Positions 16,079 to 37,861 of a stretch of 64,000 bases of DNA are shown here, piece after piece. A program made the position numbers and the translations under genes. The DNA lies in assembly GCF_009914755.1 (NCBI RefSeq), contig NC_060948.1; one strand, 5' to 3'. Position 1 is the stretch's first letter, and every line of letters begins with the position of its first letter. A model generated the notes under the pieces. It did not search any database. It worked only from the letters and a program-made list of their open reading frames with translations, and was not told where the DNA came from. This DNA comes from the human T2T-CHM13v2.0 reference genome, Homo sapiens.

Positions 16079-18183
16079 AGATCCATATTTTTTAAATGAA
16101 AAAAAATTTCAAAGGTACTCTGCTTGGTACAATAATCAAATGTATAAACTGAGGAATAAAACATAACCATGAAACCTACTTATAACTGCATATGGAAAAT
16201 ACAGAGGATAATTTTTTAAATAACATATTTTGAAAGCCTTAACTAGTAATTTGAAGAGTTGGCATTTGAAAGGCCAGTATGAATATACCTTCAAAGCAGC
16301 AACACAGGTTCCCCATGAGAAAAAGCAAACACAGGGAAAATAAAAACACAAAGGTTCAATCTCTTCTGACCTTTGAAAGACACAGCACAGACAGTGGTCC
16401 TTAGGACGAAGAGCAGGAGACCCCTAATTCCGTCACCATGGCGATAGGGCATAAACATTGCTGGGTGAGGGCACAATCCACATTGTGAGGTCCAACTGCT
16501 GCCAGGAAGACAGGAGTGCTTTTACATAGACCGAAAGGTCATTGAAGGCTCAGAGTTTTGTTTCAAGAACTGAATCCCAAGCCCACACGTTATTAGGCTG
16601 CGCTTCTTAAAACAAGTTATGAGATGGGAAAAAGGGCACCCACAAACATACGTATACATTATGTATATAATAATATACAGTATCATATATATAATATATA
16701 TAACCTATGTATAATATTGTTTTACATCCTGCATCTTATGTTATATATATTGTATAAAATATAATAATTGATAATATATAAGTTTTATAATTATACAATA
16801 TGACATATAGTATATATTATAATTTATGGCATATATAATATATGTTATATATCATATATAGAATATATTATACGGTTAATATACGTATTAAATATAAATT
16901 ATACATTATATATATTATATATAATATATCTGTTATATATAATACCCATTATGCATAATATATATATTATGTCTATGTTATATATAGTATAAAACAACAT
17001 ATAATAATATATAATTGTATATATAAAATGCGACATATAATATATATTATATTTTATAACATATGTAATATATATTATATATTATATATAATACGTTGTA
17101 TGTTTAATACCTATATTAAATATATATTATATGACTATGTTATTAATTACATGTCACATGTGTTATATATTATATATTTTACATAGAATATACCGGTTAC
17201 ATACAATATATACTATGTTACCTATAATGTATAATTTATTACATGTAAAATAAAGAATGCAATATATTATGTATAATTTATAATATACAATATGTGGAAT
17301 GTGATATATATAACATATAATATATGATATATGATATACAGTATATGATATATAACATACAATATATGATTCCTAATATATATGGTATACAATATATATT
17401 TTATGATATGTATTCTATATGTTTTATATTCTGTTATATATAACTATTTGAAATTATATATAACTGTATAATATTTTATGTAAATATGTAATATAATATA
17501 TATAACTATATAATATGTTATATATAACTATATATTATGTTATATATACTTTTATAACATAATTTACATAAAATATCATAATATAATATATATTATATTA
17601 TTTCATATTACATTATATATATTACATATCACCCAATATAACTAACATACATAATATTATAATATAGATTATATTGTGTTATATTAAATATCATATATAT
17701 CATGTATCATATATTCTATAATATATATTACACATTATATAATATGTATGTTTTCTATTATGTGATATATATAACTATATATATAATTATATTTTTATAC
17801 ATATAACTAGATAAACATGTAATTCTACATATTTTCATTTATAATATGTAGAATTATATAATCATATATAATTATTTATATTCTATAAAAAATTTTATCA
17901 TTATATAAATTATAATATATAAAAATTATAATATGTACTACACATATATATATTATATATCATATATGATATAGTACCATTGTTATATATCATAATACAT
18001 ATAAATGTGTATTATGTTATCTATAATTATATAATTTCATATATAAGATGTATAATATGTATCATATATTACATATGTTATGTAATATATATAGTATATA
18101 TAAGATGACACAGGATAAATATTATATACTATGACATATAAAATATATGAGGTTATATGTTACATATAAGGCATAGCACATAA

Positions 18184-18498
<315 letters not shown>

Positions 18499-20605
18499 AG
18501 ATCCATATTTTTTAAATGAAAAAAAATTTCAAAGGTACTCTGCTTGGTACAATAATCAAATGTATAAACTGAGGAATAAAACATAACCATGAAACCTACT
18601 TATAACTGCATATGGAAAATACAGAGGATAATTTTTTAAATAACATATTTTGAAAGCCTTAACTAGTAATTTGAAGAGTTGGCATTTGAAAGGCCAGTAT
18701 GAATATACCTTCAAAGCAGCAACACAGGTTCCCCATGAGAAAAAGCAAACACAGGGAAAATAAAAACACAAAGGTTCAATCTCTTCTGACCTTTGAAAGA
18801 CACAGCACAGACAGTGGTCCTTAGGACGAAGAGCAGGAGACCCCTAATTCCGTCACCATGGCGATAGGGCATAAACATTGCTGGGTGAGGGCACAATCCA
18901 CATTGTGAGGTCCAACTGCTGCCAGGAAGACAGGAGTGCTTTTACATAGACCGAAAGGTCATTGAAGGCTCAGAGTTTTGTTTCAAGAACTGAATCCCAA
19001 GCCCACACGTGATTAGGCTGCGCTTCTTAAAACAAGTTATGAGATGGGAAAAAGGGCACCCACAAACATACGTATACATAATGTATATAATAATATACAG
19101 TATCATATATATAATATATATAACCTATGTATAATATTGTTTTACATCCTGCATCCTATGTTATATATATTGTATTAAATATAATAATTGATAATATATA
19201 AGTTTTATAATTATACAATATGACATATAGTATATATTATAATTTATGACATATATAATATATGTTATATATCATATATAGAATATATTATACGGTTAAT
19301 ATACGTATTAAATATAAATTATACATTATATATATTATATATAATATATCTGTTATATATAATACCCATTATGCATAATATATATATTATGTCTATGTTA
19401 TATATAGTATAAAACAACATATAATAATATATAATTGTATATATAAAATGCGACATATAATATATATTATATTTTATAACATATGTAATATATATTATAT
19501 ATTATATATAATACGTTGTATGTATAATACCTATATTAAATATATATTATATGACTATGTTATTAATTACATGTCACATGTGTTATATATTATATATTTT
19601 ACATAGAATATACCGGTTACATACAATATATACTATGTTACCTATAATGTATAATTTATTGCATGTAAAATAAAGAATGCAATATATTATGTAAAATTTA
19701 TAATATACAATATGTGGAATGTGATATATATAACATATAATATATGATATATGATATACAGTATATGATATATAACATACAATATATGATTCCTAATATA
19801 TATGGTATACAATATATATTTTATGATATGTATTCTATATGTTTTATATTCTGTTATATATAAGTATTTGAAATTATATATAACTGTATAATATTTTATG
19901 TAAATATGAAATATAATATATATAACTATATAATATATTATATATAACTATATATTATGTTATATATACTTTTATAACATAATTTACATAAAATATCATA
20001 ATATAATATATATTATATTATTTCATATTACATAATATATATTACATATCACCCAATATAACTAACATACATAATATTATAATATAGATTATATTATGTT
20101 ATATTAAATATCATATATATCATGTATCATATATTCTATAATATATATTACACATTATATAATATGTATGTTGTCTATTATGTGATATATATAAATATAT
20201 ATATAATTATATTTTTATACATATAACTAGATAAACATGTAATTCTACATATTTTCATTTATAATATGTAGAATTATATAATCATATATAATTTTTTATA
20301 TTCTATAAAAAATTTTATCATTATATAAATTATAATATATAAAAATTATAATATGTACTACAAATATATATATATTATATATCATATATGATATAGTACC
20401 TTTGTTATATATCATAATACATATAAATGTGTATTATGTTATCTATAATTATATAATTTCATATATAAGATGTATAATATGTATCATATATTATATATGT
20501 TATGTAATATATATAGTATATATAAGATGACACAGGATAAATATTATATACTATGACATATAAAATATATGAGGTTATATGTTACATATAAGGCATAGCA
20601 CATAA

Positions 20606-20920
<315 letters not shown>

Positions 20921-23025
20921 AGATCCATATTTTTTAAATGAAAAAAAATTTCAAAGGTACTCTGCTTGGTACAATAATCAAATGTATAAACTGAGGAATA
21001 AAACATAACCATGAAACCTACTTATAACTGCATATGGAAAATACAGAGGATAATTTTTTAAATAACATATTTTGAAAGCCTTAACTAGTAATTTGAAGAG
21101 TTGGCATTTGAAAGGCCAGTATGAATATACCTTCAAAGCAGCAACACAGGTTCCCCATGAGAAAAAGCAAACACAGGGAAAATAAAAACACAAAGGTTCA
21201 ATCTCTTCTGACCTTTGAAAGACACAGCACAGACAGTGGTCCTTAGGACGAAGAGCAGGAGACCCCTAATTCCGTCACCATGGCGATAGGGCATAAACAT
21301 TGCTGGGTGAGGGCACAATCCACATTGTGAGGTCCAACTGCTGCCAGGAAGACAGGAGTGCTTTTACATAGACCGAAAGGTCATTGAAGGCTCAGAGTTT
21401 TGTTTCAAGAACTGAATCCCAAGCCCACACGTTATTAGGCTGCGCTTCTTAAAACAAGTTATGAGATGGGAAAAAGGGCACCCACAAACATACGTATACA
21501 TTATGTATATAATAATATACAGTATCATATATATAATATATATAACCTATGTATAATATTGTTTTACATCCTGCATCTTATGTTATATATATTGTATAAA
21601 ATATAATAATTGATAATATATAAGTTTTATAATTATACAATATGACATATAGTATATATTATAATTTATGGCATATATAATATATGTTATATATCATATA
21701 TAGAATATATTATACGGTTAATATACGTATTAAATATAAATTATACATTATATATATTATATATAATATATCTGTTATATATAATACCCATTATGCATAA
21801 TATATATATTATGTCTATGTTATATATAGTATAAAACAACATATAATAATATATAATTGTATATATAAAATGCGACATATAATATATATTATATTTTATA
21901 ACATATGTAATATATATTATATATTATATATAATACGTTGTATGTTTAATACCTATATTAAATATATATTATATGACTATGTTATTAATTACATGTCACA
22001 TGTGTTATATATTATATATTTTACATAGAATATACCGGTTACATACAATATATACTATGTTACCTATAATGTATAATTTATTACATGTAAAATAAAGAAT
22101 GCAATATATTATGTATAATTTATAATATACAATATGTGGAATGTGATATATATAACATATAATATATGATATATGATATACAGTATATGATATATAACAT
22201 ACAATATATGATTCCTAATATATATGGTATACAATATATATTTTATGATATGTATTCTATATGTTTTATATTCTGTTATATATAACTATTTGAAATTATA
22301 TATAACTGTATAATATTTTATGTAAATATGTAATATAATATATATAACTATATAATATGTTATATATAACTATATATTATGTTATATATACTTTTATAAC
22401 ATAATTTACATAAAATATCATAATATAATATATATTATATTATTTCATATTACATTATATATATTACATATCACCCAATATAACTAACATACATAATATT
22501 ATAATATAGATTATATTGTGTTATATTAAATATCATATATATCATGTATCATATATTCTATAATATATATTACACATTATATAATATGTATGTTTTCTAT
22601 TATGTGATATATATAACTATATATATAATTATATTTTTATACATATAACTAGATAAACATGTAATTCTACATATTTTCATTTATAATATGTAGAATTATA
22701 TAATCATATATAATTATTTATATTCTATAAAAAATTTTATCATTATATAAATTATAATATATAAAAATTATAATATGTACTACACATATATATATTATAT
22801 ATCATATATGATATAGTACCATTGTTATATATCATAATACATATAAATGTGTATTATGTTATCTATAATTATATAATTTCATATATAAGATGTATAATAT
22901 GTATCATATATTACATATGTTATGTAATATATATAGTATATATAAGATGACACAGGATAAATATTATATACTATGACATATAAAATATATGAGGTTATAT
23001 GTTACATATAAGGCATAGCACATAA

Positions 23026-23340
<315 letters not shown>

Positions 23341-25447
23341 AGATCCATATTTTTTAAATGAAAAAAAATTTCAAAGGTACTCTGCTTGGTACAATAATCA
23401 AATGTATAAACTGAGGAATAAAACATAACCATGAAACCTACTTATAACTGCATATGGAAAATACAGAGGATAATTTTTTAAATAACATATTTTGAAAGCC
23501 TTAACTAGTAATTTGAAGAGTTGGCATTTGAAAGGCCAGTATGAATATACCTTCAAAGCAGCAACACAGGTTCCCCATGAGAAAAAGCAAACACAGGGAA
23601 AATAAAAACACAAAGGTTCAATCTCTTCTGACCTTTGAAAGACACAGCACAGACAGTGGTCCTTAGGACGAAGAGCAGGAGACCCCTAATTCCGTCACCA
23701 TGGCGATAGGGCATAAACATTGCTGGGTGAGGGCACAATCCACATTGTGAGGTCCAACTGCTGCCAGGAAGACAGGAGTGCTTTTACATAGACCGAAAGG
23801 TCATTGAAGGCTCAGAGTTTTGTTTCAAGAACTGAATCCCAAGCCCACACGTGATTAGGCTGCGCTTCTTAAAACAAGTTATGAGATGGGAAAAAGGGCA
23901 CCCACAAACATACGTATACATAATGTATATAATAATATACAGTATCATATATATAATATATATAACCTATGTATAATATTGTTTTACATCCTGCATCCTA
24001 TGTTATATATATTGTATTAAATATAATAATTGATAATATATAAGTTTTATAATTATACAATATGACATATAGTATATATTATAATTTATGACATATATAA
24101 TATATGTTATATATCATATATAGAATATATTATACGGTTAATATACGTATTAAATATAAATTATACATTATATATATTATATATAATATATCTGTTATAT
24201 ATAATACCCATTATGCATAATATATATATTATGTCTATGTTATATATAGTATAAAACAACATATAATAATATATAATTGTATATATAAAATGCGACATAT
24301 AATATATATTATATTTTATAACATATGTAATATATATTATATATTATATATAATACGTTGTATGTATAATACCTATATTAAATATATATTATATGACTAT
24401 GTTATTAATTACATGTCACATGTGTTATATATTATATATTTTACATAGAATATACCGGTTACATACAATATATACTATGTTACCTATAATGTATAATTTA
24501 TTACATGTAAAATAAAGAATGCAATATATTATGTAAAATTTATAATATACAATATGTGGAATGTGATATATATAACATATAATATATGATATATGATATA
24601 CAGTATATGATATATAACATACAATATATGATTCCTAATATATATGGTATACAATATATATTTTATGATATGTATTCTATATGTTTTATATTCTGTTATA
24701 TATAACTATTTGAAATTATATATAACTGTATAATATTTTATGTAAATATGAAATATAATATATATAACTATATAATATATTATATATAACTATATATTAT
24801 GTTATATATACTTTTATAACATAATTTACATAAAATATCATAATATAATATATATTATATTATTTCATATTACATAATATATATTACATATCACCCAATA
24901 TAACTAACATACATAATATTATAATATAGATTATATTATGTTATATTAAATATCATATATATCATGTATCATATATTCTATAATATATATTACACATTAT
25001 ATAATATGTATGTTGTCTATTATGTGATATATATAAATATATATATAATTATATTTTTATACATATAACTAGATAAACATGTAATTCTACATATTTTCAT
25101 TTATAATATGTAGAATTATATAATCATATATAATTTTTTATATTCTATAAAAAATTTTATCATTATATAAATTATAATATATAAAAATTATAATATGTAC
25201 TACAAATATATATATATTATATATCATATATGATATAGTACCTTTGTTATATATCATAATACATATAAATGTGTATTATGTTATCTATAATTATATAATT
25301 TCATATATAAGATGTATAATATGTATCATATATTATATATGTTATGTAATATATATAGTATATATAAGATGACACAGGATAAATATTATATACTATGACA
25401 TATAAAATATATGAGGTTATATGTTACATATAAGGCATAGCACATAA

Positions 25448-25762
<315 letters not shown>

Positions 25763-27867
25763 AGATCCATATTTTTTAAATGAAAAAAAATTTCAAAGGT
25801 ACTCTGCTTGGTACAATAATCAAATGTATAAACTGAGGAATAAAACATAACCATGAAACCTACTTATAACTGCATATGGAAAATACAGAGGATAATTTTT
25901 TAAATAACATATTTTGAAAGCCTTAACTAGTAATTTGAAGAGTTGGCATTTGAAAGGCCAGTATGAATATACCTTCAAAGCAGCAACACAGGTTCCCCAT
26001 GAGAAAAAGCAAACACAGGGAAAATAAAAACACAAAGGTTCAATCTCTTCTGACCTTTGAAAGACACAGCACAGACAGTGGTCCTTAGGACGAAGAGCAG
26101 GAGACCCCTAATTCCGTCACCATGGCGATAGGGCATAAACATTGCTGGGTGAGGGCACAATCCACATTGTGAGGTCCAACTGCTGCCAGGAAGACAGGAG
26201 TGCTTTTACATAGACCGAAAGGTCATTGAAGGCTCAGAGTTTTGTTTCAAGAACTGAATCCCAAGCCCACACGTTATTAGGCTGCGCTTCTTAAAACAAG
26301 TTATGAGATGGGAAAAAGGGCACCCACAAACATACGTATACATTATGTATATAATAATATACAGTATCATATATATAATATATATAACCTATGTATAATA
26401 TTGTTTTACATCCTGCATCTTATGTTATATATATTGTATAAAATATAATAATTGATAATATATAAGTTTTATAATTATACAATATGACATATAGTATATA
26501 TTATAATTTATGGCATATATAATATATGTTATATATCATATATAGAATATATTATACGGTTAATATACGTATTAAATATAAATTATACATTATATATATT
26601 ATATATAATATATCTGTTATATATAATACCCATTATGCATAATATATATATTATGTCTATGTTATATATAGTATAAAACAACATATAATAATATATAATT
26701 GTATATATAAAATGCGACATATAATATATATTATATTTTATAACATATGTAATATATATTATATATTATATATAATACGTTGTATGTTTAATACCTATAT
26801 TAAATATATATTATATGACTATGTTATTAATTACATGTCACATGTGTTATATATTATATATTTTACATAGAATATACCGGTTACATACAATATATACTAT
26901 GTTACCTATAATGTATAATTTATTACATGTAAAATAAAGAATGCAATATATTATGTATAATTTATAATATACAATATGTGGAATGTGATATATATAACAT
27001 ATAATATATGATATATGATATACAGTATATGATATATAACATACAATATATGATTCCTAATATATATGGTATACAATATATATTTTATGATATGTATTCT
27101 ATATGTTTTATATTCTGTTATATATAACTATTTGAAATTATATATAACTGTATAATATTTTATGTAAATATGTAATATAATATATATAACTATATAATAT
27201 GTTATATATAACTATATATTATGTTATATATACTTTTATAACATAATTTACATAAAATATCATAATATAATATATATTATATTATTTCATATTACATTAT
27301 ATATATTACATATCACCCAATATAACTAACATACATAATATTATAATATAGATTATATTGTGTTATATTAAATATCATATATATCATGTATCATATATTC
27401 TATAATATATATTACACATTATATAATATGTATGTTTTCTATTATGTGATATATATAACTATATATATAATTATATTTTTATACATATAACTAGATAAAC
27501 ATGTAATTCTACATATTTTCATTTATAATATGTAGAATTATATAATCATATATAATTATTTATATTCTATAAAAAATTTTATCATTATATAAATTATAAT
27601 ATATAAAAATTATAATATGTACTACACATATATATATTATATATCATATATGATATAGTACCATTGTTATATATCATAATACATATAAATGTGTATTATG
27701 TTATCTATAATTATATAATTTCATATATAAGATGTATAATATGTATCATATATTACATATGTTATGTAATATATATAGTATATATAAGATGACACAGGAT
27801 AAATATTATATACTATGACATATAAAATATATGAGGTTATATGTTACATATAAGGCATAGCACATAA

Positions 27868-28182
<315 letters not shown>

Positions 28183-30287
28183 AGATCCATATTTTTTAAA
28201 TGAAAAAAAATTTCAAAGGTACTCTGCTTGGTACAATAATCAAATGTATAAACTGAGGAATAAAACATAACCATGAAACCTACTTATAACTGCATATGGA
28301 AAATACAGAGGATAATTTTTTAAATAACATATTTTGAAAGCCTTAACTAGTAATTTGAAGAGTTGGCATTTGAAAGGCCAGTATGAATATACCTTCAAAG
28401 CAGCAACACAGGTTCCCCATGAGAAAAAGCAAACACAGGGAAAATAAAAACACAAAGGTTCAATCTCTTCTGACCTTTGAAAGACACAGCACAGACAGTG
28501 GTCCTTAGGACGAAGAGCAGGAGACCCCTAATTCCGTCACCATGGCGATAGGGCATAAACATTGCTGGGTGAGTGCACAATCCACATTGTGAGGTCCAAC
28601 TGCTGCCAGGAAGACAGGAGTGCTTTTACATAGACCGAAAGGTCATTGAAGGCTCAGAGTTTTGTTTCAAGAACTGAATCCCAAGCCCACACGTTATTAG
28701 GCTGCGCTTCTTAAAACAAGTTATGAGATGGGAAAAAGGGCACCCACAAACATACGTATACATTATGTATATAATAATATACAGTATCATATATATAATA
28801 TATATAACCTATGTATAATATTGTTTTACATCCTGCATCCTATGTTATATATATTGTATAAAATATAATAATTGATAATATATAAGTTTTATAATTATAC
28901 AATATGACATATAGTATATATTATAATTTATGACATATATAATATATGTTATATATCATATATAGAATATATTATACGGTTAATATACGTATTAAATATA
29001 AATTATACATTATATATATTATATATAATATATCTGTTATGTATAATACCCATTATGCATAATATATATATTATGTCTATGTTATATATAGTATAAAACA
29101 ACATATAATAATATATAATTGTATATATAAAATGCGACATATAATATATATTATATTTTATAACATATGTAATATATATTATATATTATATATAATACGT
29201 TGTATGTATAATATCTATATTAAATATATATTATATGACTATGTTATTAATTACATGTCACATGTGTTATATATTATATATTTTACGTAGAATATACCGG
29301 TTACATACAATATATACTATGTTACCTATAATGTATAATTTATTACATGTAAAATAAAGAATGCAATATATTATGTATAATTTATAATATACAATATGTG
29401 GAATGTGATATATATAACATATAATATATGATATATGATATACAGTATATGATATATAACATACAATATATGATTCCTAATATATATGGTATACAATATA
29501 TATTTTATGATATGTATTCTATATGTTTTATATTCTGTTATATATAACTATTTGAAATTATATATAACTGTATAATATTTTATGTAAATATGTAATATAA
29601 TATATATAAGTATATAATATATTATATATAACTATATATTATGTTATATATACTTTTATAACATAATTTACATAAAATATCATAATATAATATATATTAT
29701 ATTATTTCATATTACATAATATATATTACATATCACCCAATATAACTAACATACATAATATTATAATATAGATTATATTATGTTATATTAAATATCATAT
29801 ATATCATGTATCATATATTCTATAATATATATTACACATTATATAATATGTATGTTGTCTATTATGTGATATATATAACTATATATATAATTATATTTTT
29901 ATACATATAACTAGATAAACATGTAATTCTACATCTTTTCATTTATAATATGTAGAATTATATAATCATATATAATTATTTATATTCTATAAAAAATTTT
30001 ATCATTATATAAATTATAATATATAAAAATTATAATATGTACTACACATATATATATTATATATCATATATGATATAGTACCATTGTTATATATCATAAT
30101 ACATATAAATGTGTATTATGTTATCTATAATTATATAATTTCATATATAAGATGTATAATATGTATCATATATTATATATGTTATGTAATATATATAGTA
30201 TATATAAGATGACACAGGATAAATATTATATACTATGACATATAAAATATATGAGGTTATATGTTACATATAAGGCATAGCACATAA

Positions 30288-30602
<315 letters not shown>

Positions 30603-32707
30603 AGATCCATATTTTTTAAATGAAAAAAAATTTCAAAGGTACTCTGCTTGGTACAATAATCAAATGTATAAACTGAGGAATAAAACATAACCATGAAACC
30701 TACTTATAACTGCATATGGAAAATACAGAGGATAATTTTTTAAATAACATATTTTGAAAGCCTTAACTAGTAATTTGAAGAGTTGGCATTTGAAAGGCCA
30801 GTATGAATATACCTTCAAAGCAGCAACACAGGTTCCCCATGAGAAAAAGCAAACACAGGGAAAATAAAAACACAAAGGTTCAATCTCTTCTGACCTTTGA
30901 AAGACACAGCACAGACAGTGGTCCTTAGGACGAAGAGCAGGAGACCCCTAATTCCGTCACCATGGCGATAGGGCATAAACATTGCTGGGTGAGGGCACAA
31001 TCCACATTGTGAGGTCCAACTGCTGCCAGGAAGACAGGAGTGCTTTTACATAGACCGAAAGGTCATTGAAGGCTCAGAGTTTTGTTTCAAGAACTGAATC
31101 CCAAGCCCACACGTTATTAGGCTGCGCTTCTTAAAACAAGTTATGAGATGGGAAAAAGGGCACCCACAAACATACGTATACATTATGTATATAATAATAT
31201 ACAGTATCATATATATAATATATATAACCTATGTATAATATTGTTTTACATCCTGCATCTTATGTTATATATATTGTATAAAATATAATAATTGATAATA
31301 TATAAGTTTTATAATTATACAATATGACATATAGTATATATTATAATTTATGGCATATATAATATATGTTATATATCATATATAGAATATCTTATACGGT
31401 TAATATACGTATTAAATATAAATTATACATTATATATATTATATATAATATATCTGTTATATATAATACCCATTATACATAATATATATATTATGTCTAT
31501 GTTATATATAGTATAAAACAACATATCATAATATACAATTGTATATATAAAATGCGACATATAATATATATTATATTTTATAACATATGTAATATATATT
31601 ATATATTATATATAATACGTTGTATGTTTAATACCTATATTAAATATATATTATATGACTATGTTATTAATTACATGTCACATGTGTTATATATTATATA
31701 TTTTACATAGAATATACCGGTTACATACAATATATACTATGTTACCTATAATGTATAATTTATTACATGTAAAATAAAGAATGCAATATATTATGTATAA
31801 TTTATAATATACAATATGTGGAATGTGATATATATAACATATAATATATGATATATGATATACAGTATATGATATATAACATACAATATATGATTCCTAA
31901 TATATATGGTATACAATATATATTTTATGATATGTATTCTATATGTTTTATATTCTGTTATATATAACTATTTGAAATTATATATAACTGTATAATATTT
32001 TATGTAAATATGTAATATAATATATATAACTATATAATATGTTATATATAACTATATATTATGTTATATATACTTTTATAACATAATTTACATAAAATAT
32101 CATAATATAATATATATTATATTATTTCATATTACATTATATATATTACATATCACCCAATATAACTAACATACATAATATTATAATATAGATTATATTG
32201 TGTTATATTAAATATCATATATATCATGTATCATATATTCTATAATATATATTACACATTATATAATATGTATGTTGTCTATTATGTGATATATATAACT
32301 ATATATATAATTATATTTTTATACATATAACTAGATAAACATGTAATTCTACATATTTTCATTTATAATATCTAGAATTATATAATCATATATAATTATT
32401 TATATTCTATAAAAAATTTTATCATTATATAAATTATAATATATAAAAATTATAATATGTACTACAAATATATATATTATATATCATATATGATATAGTA
32501 CCTTTGTAATATTTCATAATACATATAAATGTGTATTATGTTATCTATAATTATATAATTTCATATATAAGATGTATAATATGTATCATACATTATAGAT
32601 GTTATGTAATATATATAGTATATATAAGATGACACAGGATAAATATTATATACTATGACATATAAAATATATGATGTTATATGTTACATATAAGGCATAG
32701 CACATAA

Positions 32708-33022
<315 letters not shown>

Positions 33023-35127
33023 AGATCCATATTTTTTAAATGAAAAAAAATTTCAAAGGTACTCTGCTTGGTACAATAATCAAATGTATAAACTGAGGAA
33101 TAAACCATAACCATGAAACCTACTTATAACTGCATATGGAAAATACAGAGGATAATTTTTTAAATAACATATATTGAAAGCCTTAACTAGTAATTTGAAG
33201 AGCTGGCATTTGAAAGGCCAGTATGAATATACCTTCAAAGCAGCAACACAGGTTCCCCATGAGAAAAAGCAAACACAGGGAAAGTAAAAACACAAAGGTT
33301 CAATCTCTTCTGACCTTTGAAAGACACAGCACAGACAGTGGTCCTTAGGACGAAGAGCAGGAGACCCCTAATTCCGTCACCATGGCGATAGGGCATAAAC
33401 ATTGCTGGGTGAGGGCACAATCCACATTGTGAGGTCCAACTGCTGCCAGGAAGACAGGAGTGCTTTTACATAGACCGAAAGGTCATTGAAGGCTCAGAGT
33501 TTTGTTTCAAGAACTGAATCCCAAGCCCACACGTTATTAGGCTGCGCTTCTTAAAACAAGTTATGAGATGGGAAAAAGGGCACCCACAAACATACGTATA
33601 CATTATGTATATAATAATATACAGTATCATATATATAATATATATAACCTATGTATAATATTGTTTTACATCCTGCATCTTATATTATATATATTGTATA
33701 AAATATAATAATTGATAATATATAAGTTTTATAATTATACAGTAAGACATATAGTATATATTATAATTTATGACATATGTAATATATGTTATAAGTCATA
33801 TATAGAATATATTATACGGTTAATATACGTATTAAATATAAATTATACATTATATATATTATATATAATATATCTGTTATATATAATACCCATTATGCAT
33901 AATATATATAGTATGTCTATGTTATATATAGTATAAAACAACATATAATAATATATAAATGTATATATAAAATGTGACATATAATATATATTATATTTTA
34001 TAACATATGTAATATATATTATATATTATATATAATATGTTGTATGTATAATACCTATATTAAATATATATTATATGACTATGTTATTAATTACATGTCA
34101 CATGTGTTATATATTATATATTTTACATAGAATATACCGGTTACATACAACATATACTATGTTACCTATAATGTATAATTTATTACATGTAAAATAAAGA
34201 ATGCAATATATTATGTATAATTTATAATATAACATATGTGGAATGTGATATATATAATATATAATATATGATATATGATATACAGTATATGATATATAAC
34301 ATACAATATATGATTCCTAATATATATGGTATACAATATATATTTTATGATATGTATTCTATATGTTTTATATTCTGTTATATATAACTATTTGAAATTA
34401 TATATAACTCTATAATATTTTATGTAAATATGTAATATAATATATATAACTATATAATATATTATATATAACTATATATTATATTATATATTCTTTTATA
34501 ACATAATTTACATAAAATATCATAATATAATATATATTATATTATTTCATATTACATAATACATATTACATATCACCCAATATAACTAACATACATAATA
34601 TTATAATATAGATTATATTATGTTATATTAAATATCATATATATCATGTATCATATATTCTATAATATATATTACACATTATATAATATGTATGTTGTCT
34701 ATTATGTGATATATATAACTATATATATAATTATATTTTTATACATATAACTAGATAAACCTGTAATTCTACATATTTTCATTTATAATATGTAGAATTA
34801 TATAATCATATATAATTATTTATATTCTATAAAAAATTTTATCATTATATAAATTATAATATATAAAAATTACAATATGTACTACAAATATATATATTAT
34901 ATATCATATATGCTATAGTACCTTTGTTATATATCATAATACATATAAATGTGTATTATGTTATCTATAATTATATAATTTCATATATAAGTTGTATAAT
35001 ATGTATCATATATTATATATGTTATGTAATATATATAGTATATATAAGATGACACAGGATAAATATTATATACTATGACATATAAAATATATGATGTTAT
35101 ATGTTACATATAAGGCATAGCACATAA

Positions 35128-35442
<315 letters not shown>

Positions 35443-37546
35443 AGATCCATATTTTTTAAATGAAAAAAAATTTCAAAGGTACTCTGCTTGGTACAATAAT
35501 CAAATGTATAAACTGAGGAATAAAACATAACCATGAATCCTACTTATAACTGCATATGGAAAATACAGAGGATAATTTTTTAAATAACATATTTTGAAAG
35601 CCTTAACTAGTAATTTGAAGAGTTGGCATTTGAAAGGCCAGTATGAATATACCTTCAAAGCAGCAACACAGGTTCCCCATGAGAAAAAGCAAACACAGGG
35701 AAAATAAAAACACAAAGGTTCAATCTCTTCTGACCTTTGAAAGACACAGCACAGACAGTGGTCCTTAGGACGAAGAGCAGGAGACCCCTAATTCCGTCAC
35801 CATGGCGATAGGGCATAAACATTGCTGGGTGAGGGCACAATCCACATTGTGAGGTCCAACTGCTGCCAGGAAGACAGGAGTGCTTTTACATAGACCGAAA
35901 GGTCATTGAAGGCTCAGAGTTTTGTTTCAAGAACTGAATCCCAAGCCCACACGTTATTAGGCTGCGCTTCTTAAAACAAGTTATGAGATGGGAAAAAGGG
36001 CACCCACAAACATACGTATACATTATGTATATAATAATATACAGTATCATATATATAATATATATAACCTATGTATAATATTGTTTTACATCCTGCATCT
36101 TATGTTATATATATTGTATAAAATATAATAATTGATAATATATAAGTTTTATATTTATACAATATGACATATAATATATATTATAATTTATGACATATAT
36201 AATATATGTTATATATCATATATAGAATATATTATACGGTTAATATACGTATTAAATATAAATTATACATTATGTATATTATATATAATATATCTGTTAT
36301 ATATAATAACCATTATGCATAATATATATATTATGTCTATGTTATATATAGTATAAAACAACATATAATAATATATAATTGTCTATGTAAAATGCGACAT
36401 ATAATATATATTATATTTTATAACATATGTAATATATATTATACATTATATATAACACGTTGTATGAATAATACCTATATTAAATATATATTATATGACT
36501 ATGTTATTAATTACATGTCACATGTGTTATATATTATATATTTTACATAGAATATACCGGTTGCATACAATATATACTATGTTACCTATAATGTATAATT
36601 TATTACATGTAAAATAAAGAATGCAATATATTATGTATAATTTATAATATACAATATGTGGAATGTGATATATATAACATATAATATATGATATATGATA
36701 TACAGTATATGATATATAACATACAATATATGATTCCTAATATATATGGTATACAATATATATTTTATGATATGTATTCTATACGTTTTATATTCTGTTA
36801 TATATAACTATTTGAAATTATATATAACTGTATAATATTTTATGTAAATATGTAATATAATATATATAACTATATAATATATTATATATAACTATATATT
36901 ATGTTATATATACTTTTATAACATAATTTACATAAAATATCATAATATAATATATATTATATTATTTCATATTACATAATATATATTACATATCACCAAT
37001 ATAACTAACATACATAATATTATAATATAGATTATATTGTGTTATATTAAATATCATATATATCATGTATCATATATTCTATAATATATATTACACATTA
37101 TATAATATGTATGTTGTCTATTATGTGATATATATAACTATATATATAATTATATTTTTATACATATAACTAGATAAACATGTAATTCTACATATTTTCA
37201 TTTATAATATGTAGAATTATATAATCATATATAATTATTTATATTCTATAAAAAATTTTATCATTATATAAATTATAATATATAAAAATTATAATATGTA
37301 CTACAAATATATATATTATATATCATATATGATATACTACCTTTGTTATATATCATAATACATATAAATGTGTATTATGTTATCTATAATTATATAATTT
37401 CATATATAAGATGTATAATATGTATCATATATTACATATGTTATGTAATATATATAGTATATATAAGATGACACAGGATAAATATTATATACTATGACAT
37501 ATAAAATATATGAGGTTATATGTTACATATAAGGCATAGCACATAA

Positions 37547-37861
<315 letters not shown>

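Noticed and set aside
33712-33936. 74-aa plus-strand ORF (also 50642, 55482, 62735)
   Set aside because: TTG start and I/Y/N-rich composition from TA repeats. Useful only as a marker of the C-head haplotype.
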